Of a stretch of 64,000 nucleotides of DNA, positions 1-8,261 are shown in pieces. The notes under the pieces were generated by a model. That model ran no database searches. It was not told the DNA's origin and worked only from the letters and a program-made list of their open reading frames with translations. The DNA comes from Candidatus Sumerlaeaceae bacterium (lineage in GTDB: Bacteria; Sumerlaeota; Sumerlaeia; Sumerlaeales; Sumerlaeaceae): positions 64,001 to 128,000 of the forward strand of contig JBPCLP010000053.1 of NCBI GenBank assembly GCA_051003195.1. Reading direction: 5' to 3'. The position numbers and the translations under genes were made by a program. The first letter of the stretch is position 1; each line of letters starts with the position of its first letter.

Positions 1-206
1 TCCTGTTCGAGTTGGGCGGCTGGATAGTTAAACAGAGTTCCGCCCGCCTGGCCAAACATGCGGATATAATCCGGGTATGGGATCTCCAACATTTCGGCCG
101 CCTTACCCGCCGAAATGTAGCCACTTTGATGAAGCCACATCGCCAAATGCTGGCGGGCGTCCTCCAAGGGCACCTCGGGCGGCAATTCCATTTCGAGCTT
201 GCTCAT
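1..206 (-). CDS. UPF0175-family putative antitoxin (runs off window start)
   Basis: Not in ORF track. Manual translation from ATG at 206: MSKLEMELPPEVPLEDARQHLAMWLHQSGYISAGKAAEMLEIPYPDYIRMFGQAG...; ISxGKAAE motif typical of UPF0175. Confidence 0.7.
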   Translation of the reverse strand, partial: MSKLEMELPPEVPLEDARQHLAMWLHQSGYISAGKAAEMLEIPYPDYIRMFGQAGGTLFNYPAAQLEQ

Positions 207-298
207 ACCTGTGAGAAAACAGTTCCCACAGGATTTTGTTTCATCAAAGTACTCGTCATGCCCTTAGAAAATGCGAGGTGCCTAAAAAAGGTTCGATC

Positions 299-1408
299 TT
301 ACACCCCAGTCGGCACTCCGCCGCCGTCATCGCCGCCGCCGAGCAGCCCCATCATCTTTTCGCGCATTTCGCTCGGATAATGGCAGCGTTCCAAGCAGAC
401 TTCTCCACTGATCATGCCGCGCTTGTAGAGGTTGATCAGGTAATCGTCCATGGTGATCATACCCTGCTTGGCGCTGGTCTGGATGGTGGAGATAATGCGG
501 TTGGTTTTCTTTTCACGAATGAGATTTGCCACGGCGGGCGTGTTATGCAGAATCTCATAAGCAGCCACGCGACCACGCCCGCTTGCTTTTGGCAGCAGGG
601 TCTGCGCGATGACCGTCTTGAGCGCGACGGACAGCACGGCGCGTATCTGCTCCTGCTGATTGGTGGGGAATGCGTCGATGATTCGGTTAATGGTTTCCGA
701 CGCCGAGATCGTATGGAGCGTCCCGAAAACCAAGTGGCCGGTTTCAGCCGCCGTGATGCCGGCTTCCATGGTTTCGAGGTCTCGCATTTCGCCGACGAGG
801 ATTACGTCTGGATCCTGTCGCAAAGCGCCGCGCAGCGCGTAGGCGAAACTCGGGGTGTCGACGTGCAGCTCACGGTGCGTGACGATGGCGCGCTTGTGCG
901 GATGCGTGTACTCCAGTGGGTCTTCGATGGTGATAATGTGACAGTAACGATCCGAGTTAATAAAGTCGATCATGGTCGCCAGGCTGGTTGTCTTGCCCGA
1001 ACCGGTCGGACCGGTGACCAGCACGAGTCCGCGATGCGCCATTAACACTTCCATGATGGAGTCTTTGGGCAGACCGAGCTGCTCGAATGTGAGAATGCGC
1101 GAAGGGATAAGCCGCATCACGATGGAGATATTGCCGCGCGCCCGGAACACGGCACAGCGGAACCGCGCCATGTCGCTATAGGCGTAAGCGAAGTCGGCAC
1201 CGCCCTGCTCCTGCAAAGACTGCTGGTAGCGCGGCGGCGTAATTTCGCGCATCAGGCGGTCGGAATCCTCCGGCGTGATCACGTCCGGATCCACGATATC
1301 GAGACCACCATGCAAACGCATAACAGGTGGTTTTCCGACGGAGATGTGCAGGTCCGAGCCCTCGCGCTCGACGACCAGCTTCAACATCTCGTTCATTTCC
1401 ATTGCCAT
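299..1408 (-). CDS. pilT: Type IV pilus retraction ATPase PilT
   Basis: SDLHI, Walker A GPTGSGKTT, TIEDPLE, LRQDPDVILVGEMRD, AETGHLVFGTLHT, AVANLIRE. Confidence 0.93.
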   Translation of the reverse strand: MAMEMNEMLKLVVEREGSDLHISVGKPPVMRLHGGLDIVDPDVITPEDSDRLMREITPPRYQQSLQEQGGADFAYAYSDMARFRCAVFRARGNISIVMRLIPSRILTFEQLGLPKDSIMEVLMAHRGLVLVTGPTGSGKTTSLATMIDFINSDRYCHIITIEDPLEYTHPHKRAIVTHRELHVDTPSFAYALRGALRQDPDVILVGEMRDLETMEAGITAAETGHLVFGTLHTISASETINRIIDAFPTNQQEQIRAVLSVALKTVIAQTLLPKASGRGRVAAYEILHNTPAVANLIREKKTNRIISTIQTSAKQGMITMDDYLINLYKRGMISGEVCLERCHYPSEMREKMMGLLGGGDDGGGVPTGV

Positions 1409-1532
1409 GGGGCAAAACGCCTTTCCAGTTCAGGGCAGTTGTGTAAAATTGATGAAGGTAATTCCTAACTTCTGCTGAGTGTATCGCAACAAAGAAAACT
1501 ATAGCCGAGTTCTTCTTTAACGCTGGTGGCTA

Positions 1533-1934
1533 TTAACGGATAAAAAGCACCTCGCAAATCCTTCCTTCCGCAAGTGCATCAAATTCATGATGATCAGAGG
1601 TCACTACAGGGGCTCCCAAATGCTGAGCGAGCGCGACGCAAAAGCAATCGGCAAAAGCAATTCGTCCGCGTGCCTTTAACTGTCCAACCTGCTGCAAGAA
1701 GCTTCGGCTAATGTCGCGCCGTACAGCTATTCCGTCGCCTTCAAGATCGCGTAAGGCACGTTTTGCCGTACGTTCGTCCGAATTCCTGAAAAGGTCATAG
1801 TAAACCTCGCACAGGTTTACTGCATGAGCCAAGCACTCGTGACTGGCATCGCGCAGTAGTGCCTCAACCACCTCGGCACCAGTTTCGTTCTTCAGGTATG
1901 CTAACATTGCGCATGCATCGAGAACGTGCTTCAA
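1533..1934 (-). CDS. vapC: PIN-domain (VapC-like) toxin
   Basis: VLDACAMLAY...NLCEVYY...FADCFCVALA...VVTSDHHEF PIN acidic motifs. Confidence 0.85.
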   Translation of the reverse strand: MKHVLDACAMLAYLKNETGAEVVEALLRDASHECLAHAVNLCEVYYDLFRNSDERTAKRALRDLEGDGIAVRRDISRSFLQQVGQLKARGRIAFADCFCVALAQHLGAPVVTSDHHEFDALAEGRICEVLFIR

Positions 1935-2155
1935 TTCAGGCGCGAATCCTCCGCCGCGATCTCTCTCTGCTTTTGCCGGGCGAAGTCTTCGCTTGTGCCT
2001 CGAACGTGCGCGTATTTGCCCCTGGCAGTAGGCCGAATGGGTGTACCCGAAGTACGTGAATTGCTGGTCCTGGCGCGCGATGGCGTCTGCGAAGATTTAT
2101 ACGGAACGGAGCGCTCCGCAATTCCATCTGCAAGCTTTCTGCCGGATCGTTTCAT
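1931..2155 (-). CDS. Putative antitoxin of the PIN toxin
   Basis: 74 aa from ATG 2155; C-terminal RGKYAHVRGTSEDFARQKQREIAAE; 4-nt overlap with the toxin start. Confidence 0.6.
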   Translation of the reverse strand: MKRSGRKLADGIAERSVPYKSSQTPSRARTSNSRTSGTPIRPTARGKYAHVRGTSEDFARQKQREIAAEDSRLN

Positions 2156-2208
2156 TTTACTTATTACCGCACCCGTGCGACAATATTGAACTTCCGGAAG
2201 GATGCCTC

Positions 2209-3033
2209 CTACTGCCCAAACCTCTCGCGCACTGCGTCCGCCGGCACCTGGCGCCATTCGCTGGACGGCAAAAGCCGCGAGATGGAAAGCTTCTTTTCGT
2301 CGATCGTTGCCTCGCGGTCGCCGAACAATTCCGAGTTAAAGTTGATCCCCTTCGTGCCCGGTTGCGTGCTCCAGTAGTGCAACCCCACGCGATGGCCCTG
2401 TGGGTCGTAGGCCCAGGCGACGAAAATGACGGAGTGCCCGCTTCGATTGTTACGCCAGATCTGCACAAAATCACCCGGCAGCGCGGCGTCGAGGTTTTCG
2501 ATCTTCTTGCCGAGCCCGAAACCGAGGAGCGCGTCCTCCGGGCCCGGTGAAAAGAGCTGGTCGCAGAACCACAGCCGCTTGAACAGCGGCAGGGTCTCCG
2601 ACGTTATTGCACCTGCAATGGCTGGATCCTTGTCGATGGTGCGCAGCAGCACTTCCAGCGTAAGGCCGCAACAAAACGTGCGGCCTTTGGCTTCGCCCTT
2701 CATCGCGGGAATACCGGCAACGATCACGTCGGTGGTCGCACCATCGTACTGCCCCTCGCCGCGCTTTGGCCACCAGTAGGTGTGCACACCGGTACGCGGG
2801 TACTCGAGCAGACATTTCACGATAGACGCATTTGGCCCTGGCAGGTTCGGCAACTGCTTCTGCAAATTCGACAGCGGGCGAAATGGTTTAACCTGCTGCG
2901 TGATCGTAGTAAATTCGCCCAGCGATGCACTGATCTGAGTTGTTACGCGATCTTCCGTATCCAATGTAGCGTTCGCAGCGCCGCAGCACAACAAGAGGAT
3001 TGCGGCGAATGTGACGTTTAGATCGTTCGGCAT
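2209..3033 (-). CDS. Secreted protein, putative NlpC/P60 (papain-like) cysteine hydrolase
   Basis: Signal peptide MPNDLNVTFAAILLLCCGAANA; TFCCGLT and PGDFVQIWR..SGHSVIF Cys/His pattern. Confidence 0.55.
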   Translation of the reverse strand: MPNDLNVTFAAILLLCCGAANATLDTEDRVTTQISASLGEFTTITQQVKPFRPLSNLQKQLPNLPGPNASIVKCLLEYPRTGVHTYWWPKRGEGQYDGATTDVIVAGIPAMKGEAKGRTFCCGLTLEVLLRTIDKDPAIAGAITSETLPLFKRLWFCDQLFSPGPEDALLGFGLGKKIENLDAALPGDFVQIWRNNRSGHSVIFVAWAYDPQGHRVGLHYWSTQPGTKGINFNSELFGDREATIDEKKLSISRLLPSSEWRQVPADAVRERFGQ

Positions 3034-3111
3034 TCTGAAGTAACCCCGCGTATTCGCCCATGTTCGCCAGCAACCAGATACCCATTTACGTCGGCGCACC
3101 GTGCTGAAAGT

Positions 3112-3918
3112 TTACAGCTCCTGGGCAGCGACACCTTCGCTTTGCTCTTCTCCAAAAGCTTCCCAGAAGTGCCCGTCCGCCCGCAAACCGCCGGGATTTT
3201 TGTGCGTCCTGAAAATGTTGCCATAGCTGACACTGCCATTGGTGGGATCATACTCGGTGAATAGTCCTCGTTCCGTATAACCTTCCGGATGCAGGTCGAA
3301 ATGCTGAGGCCTGCATGGAAACTCGATCCACGCAGGTGTCTCGATGGTTAGATCCGGACCGGGAGAAACCAGAAGCCAATCTCCCGCGAGATCTCTCACA
3401 GCCTCCCAGTGCCTCAGAGCACTGTCTTCCCATTGGACCCGGGATATTGGTGGCTCCAATATGCAATATTGAAGGGCGGATACCATGGTAGGCGGACTGA
3501 AGAAGTTGAAACCATGATAAAGGTAAGAGCGATTCTGGTTGGCCATCCACTCCGTATCCTGAATCGCATTTCGTTTCAGCGCTTCCCATTCAAAAATGTC
3601 CCAATGGGCGCCGTACAGCGAGCTCATTCGCTTCATGAACTCAGTTTTAGGGTCTTCGGTTTCATCAGCCAGTACGCGCCACAGAAGCAGCCAGCGCCAC
3701 TTGCCCGCGAGCGGGTAACGATTTGAGTCCACCTGCAGCATCTCAAGTTTGGTCGCCGTTGTACGCATGTTATTTTTAACTGCAGAAACCTTGGAGCGCG
3801 TTTGTGCCTCTTCGAAGTTTGGCAACGCAATCATCGCCAGCATCGAGATAATAGCAATCACGATGAGTAGCTCGACGAGTGTAAAGCCGCCACGGTTAAA
3901 AAACATTCTGCTTCTCAT
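3112..3918 (-). CDS. Prepilin-type N-terminal methylation domain protein (pseudopilin-like)
   Basis: G|FTLVELLIVIAIISMLAMIALPNFEEAQTRSKVS; C-terminal SPGPD...YDPTNGSVSYGNIFR. Confidence 0.88.
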   Translation of the reverse strand: MRSRMFFNRGGFTLVELLIVIAIISMLAMIALPNFEEAQTRSKVSAVKNNMRTTATKLEMLQVDSNRYPLAGKWRWLLLWRVLADETEDPKTEFMKRMSSLYGAHWDIFEWEALKRNAIQDTEWMANQNRSYLYHGFNFFSPPTMVSALQYCILEPPISRVQWEDSALRHWEAVRDLAGDWLLVSPGPDLTIETPAWIEFPCRPQHFDLHPEGYTERGLFTEYDPTNGSVSYGNIFRTHKNPGGLRADGHFWEAFGEEQSEGVAAQEL

Positions 3919-4718
3919 TTTCGTCTTCCTCCAGGCAATATATCCGCACCAAAAGCGGGCGCATCGGGCCTGTCGTTATTAGTGGATTTAACAGGTGCCG
4001 GTGTCGTGGGAGGCGCTTGAGGGGCGGCGGCAGGGGCTGCCGCAAGCGCAGCTGGTGCGGTTGTTTCAGACTCGTATGGAATGGGGGTTATTACTGGCAG
4101 CGTTGTTGTTGCACTTGCGACAATCGACACAGGTGTAAGCGCCGGTGAAGCTGGCGAAGGGATAGCAGCGGCAACCTGAACAGGCGCGGAGGAAGGGGCT
4201 TTAGCGCGCGGGGCGCGAGCGGTCCCGAAACGGGGCCCGGTCGCACGTACATTCCATGCCACCAGCGCGGCTACCAGGAACAACCCGCCGGTAACCCAGC
4301 CCGCCCGCATGCGCCGCGGCGATAACTTCGCATATTGTGCGTAGAGGTAAAGTGGAAATGCGACCGGCCAGACGAGCACCTGGAGGAGGAACCACATGGG
4401 TCCGGAGAAATTGAGCTGCGGCGTAGCGGGGGGTTCATTGACCAGCCGCTCAGCGTCGAGCAGGCTGAACAGCGCCGACAGCAGCACGGTAAACCCGACG
4501 ATCTTCAGCAACTTTGTGCCCGGATGCGCATTGTAATCCAGCCACGGGACCCAGGCAACCAGCAGAACAAATGCGGCCGCCGGAATCCATGGCAGCAGCA
4601 TTCCATAATCGAACCGTGAGGAGGTGTCTTCACCAGGAACCTCGCGAACGACCTGCCCGCACAGACAGGTGCGCTGGGAGACGCCGAGTTCTCTGCCACA
4701 GGATGAACACTTATGCAT
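3915..4718 (-). CDS. Zinc-ribbon membrane protein with Pro/Ala/Thr-rich tail
   Basis: CSSC...CLCG N-terminus, about four hydrophobic segments, ATGA overlap with the downstream pilin-like gene. Confidence 0.65.
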   Translation of the reverse strand: MHKCSSCGRELGVSQRTCLCGQVVREVPGEDTSSRFDYGMLLPWIPAAAFVLLVAWVPWLDYNAHPGTKLLKIVGFTVLLSALFSLLDAERLVNEPPATPQLNFSGPMWFLLQVLVWPVAFPLYLYAQYAKLSPRRMRAGWVTGGLFLVAALVAWNVRATGPRFGTARAPRAKAPSSAPVQVAAAIPSPASPALTPVSIVASATTTLPVITPIPYESETTAPAALAAAPAAAPQAPPTTPAPVKSTNNDRPDAPAFGADILPGGRRK

Positions 4719-4820
4719 GCTGGTTGGACGTACTCTACTGGAGGTTCGTTGACACGTGGAGCCAAATAAATCCGCGCAAAACCTTCAGTGGCCATACTTC
4801 AGCCAATCGTCAAGCCAGGT

Positions 4821-6020
4821 TTATAAGAATCCGCTCGCCTTAATGCGGGTGCATGCTTCGCGTATGCGTTCCTCGTTTGTTGTCAGTGCGAGGCGGAAAT
4901 AGCCCTCGCCTGCCTGGCCGAACCCGTTGCCCGGCGTGGTTACAATCGCACATTTCTCGATCAGTTCGCGCGTCATTTCCATCGATCCGCGGCCGCCCCG
5001 GGTCTTCAGCCAGACATAGAAGGTGCCATCCGGCCGCCGGTAATCGGACCAGCCGAGTTCTTTCATCCCGTCGTCGAGCGCGGCAAGGCGGCGTTTATAC
5101 ATTTCGAGCGTCGGCGTGATGAGTTTCTCGTAGTTTTGCAACGCGACTATTGCCGCGCGCTGAATGGCGGTGAATACCCCGCTATCGAGGTTACTCTTAA
5201 GGCTGATCAGCCCTTTGATCAGTGTCGGATGGCCCGCCGCAAATGCCACACGCCAGCCGGTCATGTTAAACGTTTTCGACAGCGAGTGCATTTCGATTCC
5301 AACTTCTTTTGCGCCCTCCAACTCGAGGAAGCTGATCGCCTGCTCATCCTTGTACGTCATGTCCAGGTAGGCGGCGTCATGCAGCACGATGAAACCATGC
5401 TGCCGGGCCTTCGCGATCACCCGCTCGAAGAACTCGCGTGTCGCGAACGCCGCCGTTGGATTGTTCGGATAATTCAAAATCATCAGTTTCGTGCGTTCGT
5501 ACACCTGTGCCGGAATCGCATCGAGGTCCGGCAGAAAAGCGTTCTCCGCCAGCAGCGGCATCACGTAAGGCTCGCCGCCGGCAAACACGGTAGCGCTGCG
5601 GTACACCGGGTATCCGGGTTCCGGGATGAGCACCACGTCACCGGGATTTACAAACGCCAGTGGGAAGTGGCCGATACCTTCCTTGCTGCCAATGAGAGCG
5701 GTAATCTCGGTCGCGGGATCCAGTTGCACACCGCGCGTGCGCTTGTAGTAGCTGGCTACTTCACTGCGGAAATCCAGCAGCCCGGCGCCAAGCGGGTACT
5801 GGTGATTTTCCACGTGCTGTGCGGCCTCGTTCAGCGCATCGATGATCAATTGCGGGGTGGGCTGATCCGGGTCGCCAATACCCAGGTTGATGACGTCTTC
5901 GCCGCGGGCAATTGCAGCCGTCTTAAGGCGGTCGAGCTCAAGAAACAGGTAAGGCGGAAGCTTCTGCAGGCGTTCACTTAATTGAATGTCGTGCTGAATC
6001 GATGTACTCAAAAGGGTCAT
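4821..6020 (-). CDS. dapL: LL-diaminopimelate aminotransferase (class I/II PLP enzyme)
   Basis: LPPYLF, INLGIGDPD, LIGSKEGI, NYPNNPT, HSLSKTFNMTGWR, SNLDSGVF, GEGYFRLAL. Confidence 0.85.
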   Translation of the reverse strand: MTLLSTSIQHDIQLSERLQKLPPYLFLELDRLKTAAIARGEDVINLGIGDPDQPTPQLIIDALNEAAQHVENHQYPLGAGLLDFRSEVASYYKRTRGVQLDPATEITALIGSKEGIGHFPLAFVNPGDVVLIPEPGYPVYRSATVFAGGEPYVMPLLAENAFLPDLDAIPAQVYERTKLMILNYPNNPTAAFATREFFERVIAKARQHGFIVLHDAAYLDMTYKDEQAISFLELEGAKEVGIEMHSLSKTFNMTGWRVAFAAGHPTLIKGLISLKSNLDSGVFTAIQRAAIVALQNYEKLITPTLEMYKRRLAALDDGMKELGWSDYRRPDGTFYVWLKTRGGRGSMEMTRELIEKCAIVTTPGNGFGQAGEGYFRLALTTNEERIREACTRIKASGFL

Positions 6021-6155
6021 AGCTCCCAAACTTTTTCGGATTGTGCCAATATCGACGGTGAGTCAGTAAAGCCGAATCTCGATCCCATTCTCTGCTTCTC
6101 AATTGCATACGCACGCGGAGGGCGGAATGTGCCAAGTATGCACTGCATCTCCAAA

Positions 6156-6350
6156 ATGTCACCGGCGTTGCCGGAAGCGCCGACGTCGCCGCCCGAGACC
6201 CGACCGCAGCCACAAACCACGCCACGACCCGAGCGTATTCCGGCGCCGCAACCGCCTGCCAAACCCGCACCTGATCCGTTCAATCCCGAATGGCCTGACG
6301 ATCTGCCTGAGCCGGAGCCGAAGGCGCGCCTCAGGTCTGCCGCGCTTTAG
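6156..6350 (+). CDS. Small Pro-rich hypothetical protein, in frame with the downstream ORF
   Basis: MSPALPEAPTSPPETRPQPQTTPRPERIPAPQPPAKPAPDPFNPEWPDDLPEPEPKA...; TAG at 6348-6350, next ATG at 6360 in the same frame. Confidence 0.5.
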   Translation: MSPALPEAPTSPPETRPQPQTTPRPERIPAPQPPAKPAPDPFNPEWPDDLPEPEPKARLRSAAL

Positions 6351-6359
6351 CGAGTTCGC

Positions 6360-7328
6360 ATGCAGGAGCTGCAGGGGCAGATCAACAAGCGCATGACGCT
6401 GAACCTTTTGATCCAGGGTTCCGCCGAGCACGCGTTTCTTACTTCCCACTATATAGTTACCGATGAACTAAACGCCCTGCACCCTGCACTGCTGAAACTC
6501 TACGATCAGTTCGCTCTCGGCGCTTTCCTGACGTCGTGGATCGGTGTCAACGCGCTGATCCACGGTAAGCCGGATCGTTTCTGGAAGCGCATCCACGACG
6601 CCGAGCATCCATTCAGCAATCATCCGCTGCTGCGGCGACATGGGCCTGCACTTGCCGACGCAGCGCGGGATCACGTCGAAGCACGCGCACGGCAAAAGGG
6701 GGTGACGCTCACCCCGGGGCTCTTCTCGTTGCAGGTCATGCGGAATTACTCACGCATCGCGTCCCTGGAAAAGCCGCGTATCACGCGCCTGGAAGAGATC
6801 GCGAAGCACGCCACCCGGACCATCTGGGGCATCGATATCGGCCGGCTCGATGCGAATATCACCAGGGACATTGCCTTCGGAATGTTGCGCAAACCTGACA
6901 CCGTGCAGGCGCAGCTTCTCCGCAGCTCGGCCGTGGGCTATGGAGGTGTGCTTAAATCGCCGGGCGGTTTTCGCGTAGTCGCGCGCGGGGTGGTCTGGCC
7001 GCTGCTGTCACACGAGCTTGTCAAAGCCGTCATGGAATTGATCTGCCTGCATGGCCTCAACCGACTGGAGCGCAGCATCTATCTCCGGGTACTGGCAGCG
7101 GCCGACAAAATCGAGTTCGAGCCGTGGATGATCCAGGCCGGGTCTGAACTGTGGCGGCGCTTCCTCGCGGTCCATCCCGCCGACGCCCATCTCGCCACCA
7201 CCGTGATGCACATCGCCCGACTGCCTCCACCCGAACTGGAAACGCTGATGTTCGCGATTGTCGAAGATGCCGAACGGGCGAAAGGAATGATCGAACGGCT
7301 GGGTCAGGCGGCGCAGAGGGAGGAATAG
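6360..7328 (+). CDS. Hypothetical protein (INKR..NLLIQG and WPLLSHELVK motifs)
   Basis: 322-aa ORF with coding-like composition; no function recognised. Confidence 0.75.
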   Translation: MQELQGQINKRMTLNLLIQGSAEHAFLTSHYIVTDELNALHPALLKLYDQFALGAFLTSWIGVNALIHGKPDRFWKRIHDAEHPFSNHPLLRRHGPALADAARDHVEARARQKGVTLTPGLFSLQVMRNYSRIASLEKPRITRLEEIAKHATRTIWGIDIGRLDANITRDIAFGMLRKPDTVQAQLLRSSAVGYGGVLKSPGGFRVVARGVVWPLLSHELVKAVMELICLHGLNRLERSIYLRVLAAADKIEFEPWMIQAGSELWRRFLAVHPADAHLATTVMHIARLPPPELETLMFAIVEDAERAKGMIERLGQAAQREE

Positions 7329-7350
7329 CGGAGGGTGCTCCAATTCTTAT

Positions 7351-7391
7351 CCACGAATCTCACGAATGACCACGAATAGCCCCACGAATGA
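7351..7391. repeat. Short tandem CACGAAT repeats (4 copies)
   Basis: ccacgaatctcacgaatgaccacgaatagcccacgaatga. Confidence 0.7.
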
Positions 7392-7416
7392 TGTGAGTCG
7401 GAGGGCGCTAGTGGTG

Positions 7417-7823
7417 GCGGTTGGAGGCTTTTCAAGTTTTTCAAGTTTTTTTCAAGTTTGCGGTGTAGAAGCTTGAATGGATTGCAGATAAATCAAGTTG
7501 GCGAAAAATGGGTAATTTCGCCACTTGAAAAACGGTAATCCTCGCGTAAGGATTCGCGGGGGCCAGTGTCTCTGCAGTCAGGCTTGCCGGATGGGCGGTT
7601 TTCCGTCCGTCGCAAGGACGTAAAATGCCACGCGGATTGGACACGGAAGTACCTTTGCCGTCGGTCGCGGCGTTCGGGCTGCATAGTTGTCAAAGAACAC
7701 GTTTAGCTTACTACGCTGGCAGGTATACACCAGTTGTGGAGGGCGTGTCACTTCCCTGGCGTCACCTTAGGGTGGGCTAAGTCCAATGAAGTCGAAAAAG
7801 ATTTTTTGGGCGAACGTGCGCTG
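7417..7823. repeat. ~410-bp dispersed non-coding element, copy A (inverted relative to copy B at 49316-49728)
   Basis: Shared blocks such as cttactacgctggcaggtatacaccagtt, gtgtcacttccctggcgtca, aaaatgccacgcggattgg, ggtaatttcgccacttgaa. Confidence 0.92.
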
Positions 7824-7859
7824 AACTTTCGAGATCGCGAGCTGTCCCCCCGATTCTCT

Positions 7860-7949
7860 CCCGCCAACGTCGCGAAGTACGACAGACAGTACGCCCTGTT
7901 CCGCGATCTCTACTCCAGCCTGAAGGATGATTTCGCGAATCCTTGCTAA
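7860..7949 (+). pseudogene. Possible 3'-terminal fragment of a xylulokinase/FGGY kinase gene
   Basis: PANVAKYDRQYALFRDLYSSLKDDF resembles the XylB C-terminal helix; no upstream kinase sequence. Confidence 0.4.
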
Positions 7950-7981
7950 ACTACGCTGACATCGATTGGAGCACAAGCGCT

Positions 7982-8122
7982 GTTCGGAGTACAGGCTTTA
8001 GCCTGGGCAGATTGTGCAACTCCAAGGATCTTTTGTAGGGTGAAGTCATCCCAGGCCAAAGCCTGCACTCCGAACGGGGGGATCTTCGGCGAGCTTGCGT
8101 TCGCCCAGGCTAAAGCCTGTAC
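7982..8122. repeat. REP/REPIN-like inverted repeats (GGAGTACAGGCTTTAGCCT family, 3 units)
   Basis: gttcggagtacaggctttagcctggg (7982) pairs with cccaggccaaagcctgcactccgaac (to 8075); third unit cccaggctaaagcctgtac at 8104-8122. Confidence 0.8.
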
Positions 8123-8194
8123 ATGAGCAGCTTACTTTGTTAATTCATCAACCGTTCCCACGAGTTTCAGCGTGCGAAAGGGACGCTCTCCACA

Positions 8195-8261
8195 GTCCCC
8201 GTAACTAATCTTGTGGGAAAAGATCGACGCTAGCAAATTAATTAGTGAAAACGTCAACCGT
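8195..8261. repeat. ~70-bp dispersed repeat, copy 1 (direct copy at 47527-47595)
   Basis: cccgtaacNaatcttgtgg...atcga...tagcaaattaattagtgNaaacRtcaaccgt in both copies. Confidence 0.8.

Noticed and set aside
3112..3918. Diversity-generating retroelement behind pilin variability
   Set aside because: No reverse transcriptase and no template/variable repeat pair with adenine-specific differences are visible
7417..7500. CRISPR array suggested by TTCAAG/CTTGAA repeats and a boxA-like motif
   Set aside because: Units are 6-8 bp with only a few bases between them; there are no 25-40-bp repeats with unique spacers and no cas genes
7441..7693. Short ORFs inside the 410-bp element (also 49386-49634 and 49444-49788)
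   Set aside because: Reading frames shift between the two copies, so the similarity is at nucleotide level
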